Below the pieces are notes generated by a model. The model was not told the origin of the DNA, searched no databases, and saw only the letters and a program-made list of their open reading frames with translations. A program made the translations under genes and the position numbers. From an uncultured Methanomassiliicoccaceae archaeon (lineage in GTDB: Archaea > Thermoplasmatota > Thermoplasmata > Methanomassiliicoccales > JACIVX01), in the NCBI GenBank assembly GCA_964544915.1, contig CAZJDY010000020.1, positions 69,532-133,531 on the forward strand: a stretch of DNA of 64,000 bases, in the 5' to 3' direction. Positions 26,487 through 36,273 of the stretch are shown in pieces. Numbering within the stretch: the first letter of the stretch is position 1; each line of letters opens with the position of its first letter.

Positions 26487-27566
26487 TTGGGGAGCGAGGT
26501 CGCTAAGGCGGTCGTTCTTGCGGGGGGCGAAGGCACGAGGCTCCGCCCTTTGACGAACACTCGACCTAAGCCTCTTCTTCCAGTTCTCGGAAGACCCTGC
26601 GTCGAGTATGCGATCCGCTCTCTTGCCTCTGCAGGGATCGAGCAGGTCTTCGTGGCATGCGGCTACAGGTCTGCGGACATCATCTCCGCACTTGGAGACG
26701 GGAAGGACCTTGGCGTAGATCTGGTCTACGCATTCGAGGAGGAGCCGGCGGGGACGGCGGGAGCCGTGAAGTTGCTGGAGAATGAGCTGGAGGGGACTTT
26801 CGTCGTTGCGAGCGGGGACGTCCTGGCGGATGTGGACATCGGACAGCTCATACGCTTGCACAAGGAGAAGGGGGCAGTGGCCACCATGGCCCTCACCGAG
26901 GTGGACAGACCTCAGGAGTTCGGCATCGTCGGCCTTGACGACTCGGGCAGGATCATCCGATTCAAGGAGAAGCCAGCACCTGAAGAGGTCTTCTCCAATC
27001 TGGTCAACGCGGGAATATACGTTCTCGAGAGGGATGTGCTGAGCCTGATACCTACAGCTGAGAAATTCGACTTCTCGAAGAACCTCTTCCCCTCGCTTCT
27101 GGATGCTGGTAGTCCTCTATTCGGCTCAAAGCTCGACGGGCTTTGGAAGGACATCGGAATGCCGAGGGACCTCTTGGAAGCGAACATCAAGATGGCCGCA
27201 AAGAGGGGAAAGCGGATCGAGGTCGAGGGGGTGAGCATCTTCGGCAGCGTATGCGCGACGAAATTCTCAGCGAACGGCGCCGTGCTCGAAGGACCTCTGT
27301 ACCTCGGTGACGGAGTGAAGGTGGGCGAAGGCACGCGGCTCTCCTCTTCTGCCATCGGAAGCGGGACGGTCATCGGGAGAGGGTCCGAGATCCACGAATC
27401 GCTCGTGATGGACCGCTGCAACCTCAGCGACAATTGCATCATTAAGGGCAGCCTAATTGGTGAGAGGTGCAACGTGGGTGGCGGGGTCGCGCTGGTGAAC
27501 AGCGTCCTGGGAGACGGCGTCACGTTGGAAGGTCCGATCTCTCTGGAAGGGAAGACTCTTGAGTGA
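26487..27566 (+). CDS. Sugar-1-phosphate nucleotidyltransferase with a C-terminal LbH domain
   Basis: AVVLAGGEGTRLRPLT signature and a hexapeptide-repeat C-terminus. TTG 26487 is preceded by AAGGAGG at a 7-nt spacing; the track starts at GTG 26457. Confidence 0.8.
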   Translation: MGSEVAKAVVLAGGEGTRLRPLTNTRPKPLLPVLGRPCVEYAIRSLASAGIEQVFVACGYRSADIISALGDGKDLGVDLVYAFEEEPAGTAGAVKLLENELEGTFVVASGDVLADVDIGQLIRLHKEKGAVATMALTEVDRPQEFGIVGLDDSGRIIRFKEKPAPEEVFSNLVNAGIYVLERDVLSLIPTAEKFDFSKNLFPSLLDAGSPLFGSKLDGLWKDIGMPRDLLEANIKMAAKRGKRIEVEGVSIFGSVCATKFSANGAVLEGPLYLGDGVKVGEGTRLSSSAIGSGTVIGRGSEIHESLVMDRCNLSDNCIIKGSLIGERCNVGGGVALVNSVLGDGVTLEGPISLEGKTLE

Positions 27567-27628
27567 TAAGGTCTCTTTTCTTCTTGTATGCGTTCCGGTT
27601 AAATAACCGGAGGCGAATTGCCCCGGAC

Positions 27629-28537
27629 ATGAGGAAGGAGTTGATCAAGTACGAGGCGTTCCTTATCGTAGCTAGCTTCATCTGGGGCACCTCGTTCGTC
27701 TCCGTCAAGATCGGCGTGGAGCATGTTGACCCATTCCTCTTTTCCATTCTGCGGTTCTTCTTCGGCTCTCTGGTGCTAATCGTTGTACTCGTCCTTCTGA
27801 AGAGGATGAACACCAGGCTGTTCAAGGACAAGATCATTTGGGGGATTGCCTTGATCAATGCTGTCGCGCTCGAGTTCCAGCATCTCGGAATGACGATGAC
27901 CAGTGCGACAAACGCGGTGTTGCTTGTCGATATCGATGTCGTCTTCGTAGCGCTGCTGGCAACAATCGTTCTGTCCGAGAAGATCACCAGCAAGATCATG
28001 GTCGGATTGCTCCTGGGCATGGTCGGAGTCGTCATCATCACAACGAACGGAGACTTCTCCTCGGTGTTCAGCGGGAGCTTCATCGGGAACGCGATGGTGT
28101 TCTTCGGCGGCGTGCTCTGGGCGTTCTACGTCGTATATCAAAAGAAGGTCCTCGTCCGCGAGTCGGACGTCCTTCAAGTTACTGGTGTAGTGGTATTCGA
28201 GACGACGATTTTCCTGCTGCCCATGGCCTTGCTGTTCGCTGGGAGCTATGTTGTTGACAGCATTGGTTGGCTGAGTGTTGTCTACACCGGCGTGCTGTGT
28301 ACCGGCCTAGCGTTTCTACTGTACAACATTGGGCTCAAGGCAATAGGCGCGACCGTATCATCGATAATCCTGCTCCTCGAGATCGTGTTCGCCATGTTTT
28401 TCGCATTCCTTGTACTGGGGGAGACCCCGACGGTCGTCACGGCGATGGGCGGCGCGCTGATAATCCTATCGATAATCGTCATATCGCTGAACGGGGCCAA
28501 CGGTTATCGTTCGAACGAGGCCGCGAAGGGCTCCTAG
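27629..28537 (+). CDS. EamA/DMT-family transporter
   Basis: About 10 TM segments in two EamA-like halves. ATG 27629 gives the typical N-terminus; the track starts at GTG 27563. Confidence 0.75.
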   Translation: MRKELIKYEAFLIVASFIWGTSFVSVKIGVEHVDPFLFSILRFFFGSLVLIVVLVLLKRMNTRLFKDKIIWGIALINAVALEFQHLGMTMTSATNAVLLVDIDVVFVALLATIVLSEKITSKIMVGLLLGMVGVVIITTNGDFSSVFSGSFIGNAMVFFGGVLWAFYVVYQKKVLVRESDVLQVTGVVVFETTIFLLPMALLFAGSYVVDSIGWLSVVYTGVLCTGLAFLLYNIGLKAIGATVSSIILLLEIVFAMFFAFLVLGETPTVVTAMGGALIILSIIVISLNGANGYRSNEAAKGS

Positions 28538-28935
28538 GTCCGATACTTCGACAGAAGCTCTTGGGCCTTGTCCAGTTTGTCCACCCCGATCGCTACTTCT
28601 TCGGCCTGCACCCTCGAGCCCAGGAGGAATAGGGACTCTATGTTGATTCCGGCTCTCGCGAGCTTCTTTGTCACCTTGGCGAGCTCGCCTGGTCTGTCTG
28701 GAAGGGAGATGACCAACACTTCCCTTTCGGTGAACTCCATGCCAGCACCCTTCAGGGCGCTCCTGGCACTGTTCTCGTCGTCTGTGATGACGTGAATCAT
28801 GGGCCTGCTCGGCCCAAGATCGGTCGATATCCCGCGTATGTTCACCGCGTTCTTGGCAAGAACCTCGGCTACTCTGGCGACTTCGCCTGGCCGGTTATGG
28901 ATGTAGACCTCGAACTGCTTCAGTGTCATCGCCAT
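28534..28935 (-). CDS. Tandem ACT-domain protein
   Basis: 133 aa with two repeats of the ACT pattern (V.I.NRPGEVARV...L....NI and ISLPDRPGELAKV...LA.AGINI). Confidence 0.7.
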   Translation of the reverse strand: MAMTLKQFEVYIHNRPGEVARVAEVLAKNAVNIRGISTDLGPSRPMIHVITDDENSARSALKGAGMEFTEREVLVISLPDRPGELAKVTKKLARAGINIESLFLLGSRVQAEEVAIGVDKLDKAQELLSKYRT

Positions 28936-29028
28936 TCAATTGGCGGTCTTTGTTTAAAAACCTGCGGTCTGCCCTTTTCAATTCGGGTTGGCAAAGAGGT
29001 TAAGACGTCGTTCTTCTATCTAGCGACA

Positions 29029-29952
29029 ATGAGCTCGGGTTCGGGCGTCGTCGCCATCACGGTGAACTGGAACAGAGCAACTGACACCATAGAGTGTCTC
29101 CGATCTGTTGAGAACGGCGGGGTCGGCAATGTCAAATTGGTCGTGGTTGACAACGGATCTCAATCCGATGTGATCTCCACCATCAGCAAAGAGATGCCGG
29201 GCGCCAGCATCATCGAGATGGGTGCGAACGAGGGCTACGTCAAAGGGGCGAACGCGGGACTCAACTATGCGTTGCGATCGGGAGCCTCGCACGTGCTCCT
29301 GATCAACAACGATGCGGTCGGCTCGCCGGGATTCCTCTCGAATCTTATCCAGGCTTTCGACAGACACCCTTCCGCAGGCGTTGTCGGTCCGAAAATCCTT
29401 TATCATGGCCGGGAAGTGATTTGGTTCGCAGGCGGCAGCTTCAACAAGAGTCTCGGATTCTCAAGACATTCGTACATGGACGAGCGGGACTTCATCGAAT
29501 TCAAAGACCGAAAGATCGACTTCATAACGGGCTGCACGATGCTTATCCGTGCCGACGTCCTGAAGGAGATCGGGACGCTCGATGAAGACTTCGGGATGTA
29601 CGCCGAGGATCTCGAATTCTGTTTGAGAGCGGTTGAGAGAGGCTACGAATCCTGGCTCGTCCCCTCTGCCATTGTCAGTCACAAGGTCTCATTATCCGCA
29701 GGGATTGGCGGGTCCAACATAATGACTCCCATGAGATCATATTACTACGCGAGAAACATGCCTATCCTCGTGAAGAAGAGGATGAGGGGGATGTCGATGG
29801 TCACATGCCTTATCGGTCAGTTCGTCGTCCGTTTGCCTTATTACACTGGGCTTATCCTGAAGCAGAAATCGAGAGGCGGGCTGAAGGCTTACCTCAGAGG
29901 AACGAAGGACGGAATCAAGTTCCTTCTGGGAGGCAGTGGTCGAAGTGCCTGA
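29029..29952 (+). CDS. Family-2 glycosyltransferase
   Basis: Start moved to ATG 29029. VAITVNWNR..., VVVDNGSQD, and a DxD-like NNDAV. The upstream part of track ORF 28792.. is antisense to the ACT gene. Confidence 0.85.
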   Translation: MSSGSGVVAITVNWNRATDTIECLRSVENGGVGNVKLVVVDNGSQSDVISTISKEMPGASIIEMGANEGYVKGANAGLNYALRSGASHVLLINNDAVGSPGFLSNLIQAFDRHPSAGVVGPKILYHGREVIWFAGGSFNKSLGFSRHSYMDERDFIEFKDRKIDFITGCTMLIRADVLKEIGTLDEDFGMYAEDLEFCLRAVERGYESWLVPSAIVSHKVSLSAGIGGSNIMTPMRSYYYARNMPILVKKRMRGMSMVTCLIGQFVVRLPYYTGLILKQKSRGGLKAYLRGTKDGIKFLLGGSGRSA

Positions 29953-31408
29953 TGAGAGCGAGCTTCTCTGTTTTTTGAAAGCGAGGTGGTGCCTGACGTG
30001 CGGGTTTGTCAGCTCCATCAGACCAATCCTAGCGATATTGGCCGTCGGGGTCTTGGTCAGATTCCTTGTGGCGCCGTGGACGTCGTGCCCCTATGACATG
30101 TATCCGTTCTACCGCGCGTCCACGAACATGCTGGCAGGCGTCGGGGTGTACGGACATGCCATGTTCTCGTACCCCCCCTTGTTCCCCGCCGTTCTCTATC
30201 CTTTCGTCTACGTCCTGTCCATTTTCATGGACCCCTCCCAGTTCGGACTCGTTCAGCACTCGATGGTTGGCGTCTCCCAGATGACGGGCATCCTCGTGCC
30301 CTTCATCACCCATCCGGCATTCAACCTCGTCGTGAAGACCCCACTGATACTCGCGGACCTGGCTCTGGGCGTGGTTCTCTATCGGTTCGTGAAGGACGTC
30401 AGGGACGAAACGTGGGCGAGGAGGGTTCTCATATTGTGGTTCTTGAACCCCCTCGTCATTTGGACGAGCTCCGTTGTGGGCCAGTTCGACGTCCTACCCG
30501 CCATGATGACTGTGATCGCTCTGATATCATTCTACAGGAAGGAATTCTTCGTAGCGGGTCTCGCGCTTGGACTCGGCGCCTTTTTCAAAGTATATCCAGT
30601 GTATCTGGTCATTCTTTACCTGATTCTCATAGTTTGGTTGAGTTCCGTTCGTAAGTTCCCATTCTTGACGAAGGCGACGTTCAGGGACGCCGGGAGAATG
30701 ATTGCTGGTGGGATCCTTAGCCTGGTCATAGTCCTGCCCTTCTTCCTCTCCTCCGAAGCGGTCTTCGACTTCATTTTCCGAAGGGCGGGATATTCGAGCT
30801 ACGGAGGTCTGAACATGTGGTTCTTAGTGCCGCTGGTGCCACAGGACGCGGGCTTGTTGCCAGACATCCTGCCGACCATATTGGGTCTCTCTCCGTTCAT
30901 CTTCTTGATTGCAATTGCTCTGACGGTATTCATCGCTTATCGGTTGAGGAACAGCCTGACTGGAAAGAATGGGGACATCCTCAGTCTGCTCGTTTTGGGC
31001 AACGTGTTCGTCGTCACTGCGATACTTGTCACTCAGCCCGTGACGAACCCCCAGCATCTGCTGTGGCTCTTCCCGTTTCTCTTGCTGATTGGGTCGAAGG
31101 ATGGCAGGTGGGAGAGGAAACTCTACGTGCTTACCGTGTTGGGTATCCTGTACTTCGTAGGGCTTCAGTCCTTCCATGCATTCCTCTACCCGACGGCGGT
31201 CTATACGAACGCTATCAGCGTCGGTGACCTGAACTCGGCCATCCAGAGCTACTTCACCGCATCAGGTCTTTTGACAAGAAAGGTATGGGTGATATCCTCG
31301 GCAATGCTCGGGGGCCTGACTCTACTGACAATTTTCCTTCCAAAGAAGTTTGATCCTGTCGAAAGGGTGTGGAGACTTCTTTCCAGATTCAGGGGGCGCC
31401 CTGGATGA
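29936..31408 (+). CDS. Polytopic GT-C-type membrane glycosyltransferase (DUF2029 / mannosyltransferase-like)
   Basis: 490 aa with more than 10 TM segments. The first loop region LVAPWTSCPYDMYPFYRA..GVGVY and overall topology resemble DUF2029-type GT-C enzymes. Start uncertain. Confidence 0.55.
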   Translation: MVEVPDESELLCFLKARWCLTCGFVSSIRPILAILAVGVLVRFLVAPWTSCPYDMYPFYRASTNMLAGVGVYGHAMFSYPPLFPAVLYPFVYVLSIFMDPSQFGLVQHSMVGVSQMTGILVPFITHPAFNLVVKTPLILADLALGVVLYRFVKDVRDETWARRVLILWFLNPLVIWTSSVVGQFDVLPAMMTVIALISFYRKEFFVAGLALGLGAFFKVYPVYLVILYLILIVWLSSVRKFPFLTKATFRDAGRMIAGGILSLVIVLPFFLSSEAVFDFIFRRAGYSSYGGLNMWFLVPLVPQDAGLLPDILPTILGLSPFIFLIAIALTVFIAYRLRNSLTGKNGDILSLLVLGNVFVVTAILVTQPVTNPQHLLWLFPFLLLIGSKDGRWERKLYVLTVLGILYFVGLQSFHAFLYPTAVYTNAISVGDLNSAIQSYFTASGLLTRKVWVISSAMLGGLTLLTIFLPKKFDPVERVWRLLSRFRGRPG

Positions 31409-32424
31409 GATACGGGAAGGTGTTCTTCGTCACATTCGCCTCCGCTCTCCTTCTACTCTCCGTCATGGTCTATCCCTGGGGGCACAGCATCGGTTTGACC
31501 CTCGACGTCGATGTGAATCCTGGCAGTCCAGTTGCTGTAGGCGTTACGTATCATGTCGGATACACTAGATACTCAAAGTCGGTCAGCGTCGTTTGCTTCC
31601 CCGCCTCTCAATCGAGGGATGACGTCGTCTATGTCCTTGCCGATCCAAACGTCATCAACGGCACCTCATCCAGGAGCATTTCTGGTCTGTATGATCATCT
31701 GCGATCAGAGCTTGGTTTATTCGGGATGGGCAGCAGGGTCGTGCTGGTCGGCACGACCTCCCTAGACGACATTCTCGAAGGCCCGAGCGCGACCCTGGTC
31801 TTCGCGAGTCGGACTTCCGGTGACATCGGGCTCGGACTCAAGGTCCTGAAATGGGTCAGGGAAGGGGGAGTGGTTGTCGGCATCGGCAACGGCTCGGCCC
31901 CCTTCCTCGCGGACTTTACTGGAGGAGTATGGACCGACCGCCCTGAGTTCCTGCGTCTCAGATACGTTTCTTTGGACTTCGATGGTGGGGAGGGGATGTA
32001 TTCATCCGAGACCGCGACGGCGATGAAGTTCAGGAACGTGGCGCCCTTGACTGGCATGGTCGTCGACGATGTCGTCTCGCAGAACGGTACTCCAATAGGC
32101 TTCCTGTATGAAAGAGACACCCTGCTGACGTCCGCCGCCCTTTTCAAAATAGAAAGCGGCAGGTTCCTGGCACTGAGTGGAAACATATATGCCCCATTTG
32201 TGACAACCGCGGAAGACGCGGTCGCTTCGGACCTCGCAAAGATCATCGTGAGCGGAATGGTGTGGAAATGCGGACAGGTCGTCTTCGAGTACAGGATATC
32301 GGGCCGCGCACCGATAGACGGCAACTTCTCGGCATTGTTCGGAGAAGCTGGGGTTATTTCTGTGATCGCTTTCTCCAACGACGATTATCAGTCGCTCTAT
32401 GTGACAAAGGTTTACGCGGTCTGA
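31405..32424 (+). CDS. Membrane-anchored extracytoplasmic protein of unknown function
   Basis: ATG 31405 overlaps the upstream stop (ATGA). It has an N-terminal TM (VFFVTFASALLLLSVMVY) and no recognised motif. Confidence 0.5.
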   Translation: MRYGKVFFVTFASALLLLSVMVYPWGHSIGLTLDVDVNPGSPVAVGVTYHVGYTRYSKSVSVVCFPASQSRDDVVYVLADPNVINGTSSRSISGLYDHLRSELGLFGMGSRVVLVGTTSLDDILEGPSATLVFASRTSGDIGLGLKVLKWVREGGVVVGIGNGSAPFLADFTGGVWTDRPEFLRLRYVSLDFDGGEGMYSSETATAMKFRNVAPLTGMVVDDVVSQNGTPIGFLYERDTLLTSAALFKIESGRFLALSGNIYAPFVTTAEDAVASDLAKIIVSGMVWKCGQVVFEYRISGRAPIDGNFSALFGEAGVISVIAFSNDDYQSLYVTKVYAV

Positions 32425-32437
32425 GATCTTCCATTTC

Positions 32438-33379
32438 TCAGTCAAGGTCTTTCGTCGTCTCGGCAACACTCCAGATGTGAGGATCGGGCTTGTTCAAGGC
32501 GACGTACAGATTGGCGTAAATCCTCGCACTTGCCTCGAGGGTCATAGCGACAAGAGTCTCCCATAATTGTCCTCTGCTGTCACGCAGGAGGCTCGCGACG
32601 GTGGGCATGAGAGACGCGGAGTTCCAGGTGGGGACAGTGAACCCGTAGCGTCTCTTCATGTACCGTTCTCCAATGTTCACCCTCGTTCGCTGCATCATGA
32701 ACTCCCTCAACGTCTCAGGTCCTTTGTTGAGCACGATGGCCGCAGGAGCGTACGCGACGCGATAGCCCCTCCGCTCCATCTCCATTCGAATCCAATCCTC
32801 GTCGGTGTTGATCCCATCAGGGAGGATGATCCTCAGGTTCCTGAAGGCGATGAGCTCGCCGGTCTTCGGGGTGACCAGGGATAGACGGTGGTGCATGTCC
32901 CAGAGGGTCCTTACTGCAGATCCGACGAGTGTGTCAGTGGGATTGACCGGAACCGGGTGCCCCCCTACCATGCCGACCTTCTCCTCTCTAAATGGTTCCA
33001 GGAGCTTCGATAGGGCTCCTTCCGTAAGGCGGTTGTCCGCGTTGACTAGAACGAGGACGTCTCCCTCTGCTTCTTTCATAAACAGGTTGACGGCAACGCA
33101 CTTCCCCTCGCGCCTCTCTTGGACGATGAGGCGTACCCTGCGATCCTTCTGTGCACATTCCTCCACGATTGAGTCGGTGCGGTCCGTGCTGCCGCTCGAG
33201 ACCACGATTACCTCGAGCAGTTCGAAACCGTCTAGTGATTGGGAGGATATCGAGGAGAGGGATTGGAGTATGTTCTTCTCCTCGTTGTGCGCGCACACCC
33301 CTACGGACACGCTCGGCATCTGATTGACCAATTGCCTTGGTTGTACATAATATTGACCTGGCGGGAGTGTCGTGGTCAC
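32438..33379 (-). CDS. Family-2 glycosyltransferase
   Basis: 313 aa. VSVGVCAHNEEKNI, VVSSGSTDRT, and NADN (DxD-like). The GTG start overlaps the upstream stop (GTGA). Confidence 0.8.
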   Translation of the reverse strand: MTTTLPPGQYYVQPRQLVNQMPSVSVGVCAHNEEKNILQSLSSISSQSLDGFELLEVIVVSSGSTDRTDSIVEECAQKDRRVRLIVQERREGKCVAVNLFMKEAEGDVLVLVNADNRLTEGALSKLLEPFREEKVGMVGGHPVPVNPTDTLVGSAVRTLWDMHHRLSLVTPKTGELIAFRNLRIILPDGINTDEDWIRMEMERRGYRVAYAPAAIVLNKGPETLREFMMQRTRVNIGERYMKRRYGFTVPTWNSASLMPTVASLLRDSRGQLWETLVAMTLEASARIYANLYVALNKPDPHIWSVAETTKDLD

Positions 33380-34494
33380 TTGGTCTGAATGTTTGCGCCG
33401 ATAGTATCCCAGCCGGCAGCTATCCCGAACCCTAAGAACGTCGGAAGTATCTGGAAAGCCGGAATCTCGGTAGCTACGATGTAGAAGAGGCTCAGATTAA
33501 TAACGTATCCGCTGAAGGCGGTCCCGATCACCTGCATACCGCGGACAAGGCCATCAGTCCTCTTCCGATCCGAGAGGAATTGGTTGGCGATCACAATATA
33601 GCCCACGGCGAGCAGGAACGATATCACAGTCGGAAATACGATGACGTGGCTCCACTCCTCTCCTGTCCACGTAAGGAACACGAAAGTGGAAAACAGGCCC
33701 AGTATCAGGGCCCCCATGAATCTTCCAAGCATGCTGAGCAAGAAGAAGTTTGTCGCAATCGCAAGTGCCTTTCCCCCGACCCCGCACTGTCTCATTATCG
33801 ATAGCACAACGCGAGAGTCCAACTTTGAGGACCCTCCCCTGCGTTCGCCGAATTCGAACTCGATTTCGGAGACCTTCAGATCTTTTGGCGCAAACTTCAG
33901 TAGGTCAAACAGCGCCTTGAATCCCTGTCTCTCGAAGTGCGAGAATTCCCTGATTATTATTCCCTTCGAGACTTCAGTCTTCCCGCCGAAGAAGCCGCTC
34001 ATCATGTCTCTGCATCGCGGCTTGCCCCTGAGGCCTAGATAGGCAGCGGCCATCTTGTGTGCGCCCCCCGATGAAATCTTTCGGATGGTTGGAAGCTTCC
34101 GCTTGTCTTTCCGGATGCCAACAACGAGATCGTTCCCCCTCAAAATCTCATCCATCACGGGAGCGATGGCCTCGGGTGGGTGCTGAAAGTCCGCATCGAG
34201 GACGACGAAGTACGGGGTCTGGGACATGACAATCCCATCCAATATGCTAGCCGTGAGGCCTCTGTCGGAGGTTTCTCGCTTCACGAGTGTGACATTGGAA
34301 TCTGACCTTGAGTATGAAGTGACCTTCTCAGGCGTTCCATCCGTTGAAGAGTCATCTACGACGAGAACCCTGGAGGATGGATAAAGCCTCCTGAGAGTTT
34401 CCAGCATGGGGACTATGTTCTCCCCCTCGTTGAGAGTGGGTAGAATGATCGTGAAATCCCCATCCACCGAGTGCCAGTGGCTCATGTCTTTCAA
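33376..34494 (-). CDS. Polyprenol-phosphate sugar synthase-like GT2 (DPM1/Ppm1-like) fused to a C-terminal 4-TM domain
   Basis: TIILPTLNEGENI, VVDDSSTDGT, VLDADFQHPP, followed by four hydrophobic helices in the last 140 aa or so. Confidence 0.75.
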   Translation of the reverse strand: MKDMSHWHSVDGDFTIILPTLNEGENIVPMLETLRRLYPSSRVLVVDDSSTDGTPEKVTSYSRSDSNVTLVKRETSDRGLTASILDGIVMSQTPYFVVLDADFQHPPEAIAPVMDEILRGNDLVVGIRKDKRKLPTIRKISSGGAHKMAAAYLGLRGKPRCRDMMSGFFGGKTEVSKGIIIREFSHFERQGFKALFDLLKFAPKDLKVSEIEFEFGERRGGSSKLDSRVVLSIMRQCGVGGKALAIATNFFLLSMLGRFMGALILGLFSTFVFLTWTGEEWSHVIVFPTVISFLLAVGYIVIANQFLSDRKRTDGLVRGMQVIGTAFSGYVINLSLFYIVATEIPAFQILPTFLGFGIAAGWDTIGANIQTK

Positions 34495-34830
34495 ATGATT
34501 ACAACGTCAAATCAATATATATCTTTCTGGAGGAGTTTTAATGGCTGTTAAGTCACGCGATCATTGAAATTCTTTAACGCTTGGTCACGAGAGGTCCTAT
34601 TCTGTCGACGTCCTCCACCTCGACTATTCTTTGATGGGGACAGGCTGATGGTGCGACCGATGTCGATGACCCGTTCGGGCATTTCGAACATGTTCGTACG
34701 ACCCAGGAAGTGCCCGTCGGAGTCATCGAGGACCACTCTGATAGAATCGTGGAGAGAATGATGAATGTGGGACGGGCAGGGTGGGGGGAGAATTTGTCGC
34801 CTAAGTCACATGTCGGTGAGCTTAGACGGA

Positions 34831-36123
34831 CTAGTAGAGTCCGTGGGAGCGACGTCGTATCTCAAGGTGCGCCAAGGAGAGGATGCAGATACCGGCGCTA
34901 CCAACAAGCAAATCGATGGCGATCTGCAGCGGAGTGGCGTTCCATACTTCGATGAGGGCGATTTCTAGTACCGTGAAGAAGGCCAGAATGACAATTAGAG
35001 CGTGGGAGTCAGTGGCTAGCCCATAGTTCATGAACAGGCTAGCCAGGCCGAACATGGTCATGGCCACACCTAGCACGGCAAGGGAAGGGGCGGCTTCGAT
35101 GTAAGCTGCTCCGTAGAGCAGGTTGATGATGAAGCCTGGGATGAGGATGTAAGCAAGAGCCACAATGCCAGAGATGACGAGGGTCCAAATGATGGATTTG
35201 CGCATCAGGGAGTAGGTGTCACGGCCTCGGGCATGTGCGTCCGATATCTTGGGGAACATCACCGCTCCGATGGCCGTTGGCAAGAACAAAATGATCTTGC
35301 CCAGCATAGAGGCGGCCGAATAGATGCCAGCATCCAGGTCGGTGAGAAAGTGCCGTGCCAGGAAAGTATCGATATTGGTCAAGATAGTGAAACAGAGAAC
35401 CGCAGCCGTCACGGGCACTAGAAAGCGTTTCAGTTCTTTGGTGTCGAAACGGCGCCGCTCCCCGTGTAGGATATCTCGGATGGATAGATATGCTATGACC
35501 AGGGCCATGCCGCTGCCCACCACAACGCCTCCGAAGGCACCCGCCACGCCGTAGCCCAAAGCTACGAACAGCACGCCGAAGATGAGCTTGCCCAGCGGCC
35601 CTATAGTATTGGAAACACCCACCATCAGGAAGCGCTGCAACCCCTGCGCTGTGCCAATGCCTATGGGAAATACCATTGAGACGAAGAGGCCGGCGATGAG
35701 GATGATTAGGGCAGAGTCGGAACTGAGATTGAGGAAGGACATCAGGAATGGTATGGCCAGGAAGATGCCCGCTGCCATGACGAGGGCCATTATAACCATG
35801 GAGAATGTGGTGGTGCGGACTAGCCAGGACACTTCGGGGTCCTTTCCTTCCGCGCGCAGCTTGGAGACGTAGCGAACCAGCATCGTGCTCACTGTCTGGG
35901 TAGGGATGGAGACGATGAGGAAGATTGAAAGGATGGCTGTCAGCTCAGAGTATGAGGAAGCGCCCAGGTTCCGTCCCATGAAGATCTGGTAAAGATAGTT
36001 GCATCCGCCCCCGATAACCGTGGCTACGAAAAGCAGGAAAGCCGGTTTGGCGAAGCTGTCCGGGTTTTGGGCGGTGTCGCTCACCGAACCGCCAACATCA
36101 ACGGCAGTATAATAGTTTGCCAT
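34831..36123 (-). CDS. Wzx/MOP-superfamily oligosaccharide flippase
   Basis: 430 aa with about 12 TM segments. N-terminal pattern ..GGGCNYLYQIFMGRNLG..YSEL is typical of polysaccharide-biosynthesis flippases. Confidence 0.75.
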   Translation of the reverse strand: MANYYTAVDVGGSVSDTAQNPDSFAKPAFLLFVATVIGGGCNYLYQIFMGRNLGASSYSELTAILSIFLIVSIPTQTVSTMLVRYVSKLRAEGKDPEVSWLVRTTTFSMVIMALVMAAGIFLAIPFLMSFLNLSSDSALIILIAGLFVSMVFPIGIGTAQGLQRFLMVGVSNTIGPLGKLIFGVLFVALGYGVAGAFGGVVVGSGMALVIAYLSIRDILHGERRRFDTKELKRFLVPVTAAVLCFTILTNIDTFLARHFLTDLDAGIYSAASMLGKIILFLPTAIGAVMFPKISDAHARGRDTYSLMRKSIIWTLVISGIVALAYILIPGFIINLLYGAAYIEAAPSLAVLGVAMTMFGLASLFMNYGLATDSHALIVILAFFTVLEIALIEVWNATPLQIAIDLLVGSAGICILSLAHLEIRRRSHGLY

Positions 36124-36273
36124 TTGTTGTCAAGAAGAAAGGCCTTTGCTAGCCCGAAATGGGAGTGCACGAAGTGTTAATAGGGTCGATTTCCATGCTT
36201 CTTGGAGTCTGTCGGGGGACGGGACGATGAGGATATGCATTGAGGGATAGATTTTGCAGGAGAAGGGAAGAAA

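Noticed and set aside
34548-34736. A 62-aa minus-strand ORF. Its N-terminal part (VLDDSDGHFLGRTNMFEM..) looks vaguely PRC-barrel-like, and a +1 shift would give ..VEVEDVDRIGPLVTKR.
   Set aside because: It is too short and needs an assumed frameshift. The second half in the given frame is low-complexity (GGGRRQNRTSR). At most it is a gene remnant at the island border.
34738-34763. CUGA then 16 nt then AUGAUGA in the gap at the island's left edge, a possible box C/D sRNA.
   Set aside because: There is no terminal D box (CUGA) about 12 nt downstream of the AUGAUGA. There is also no proper C box at the right distance upstream.
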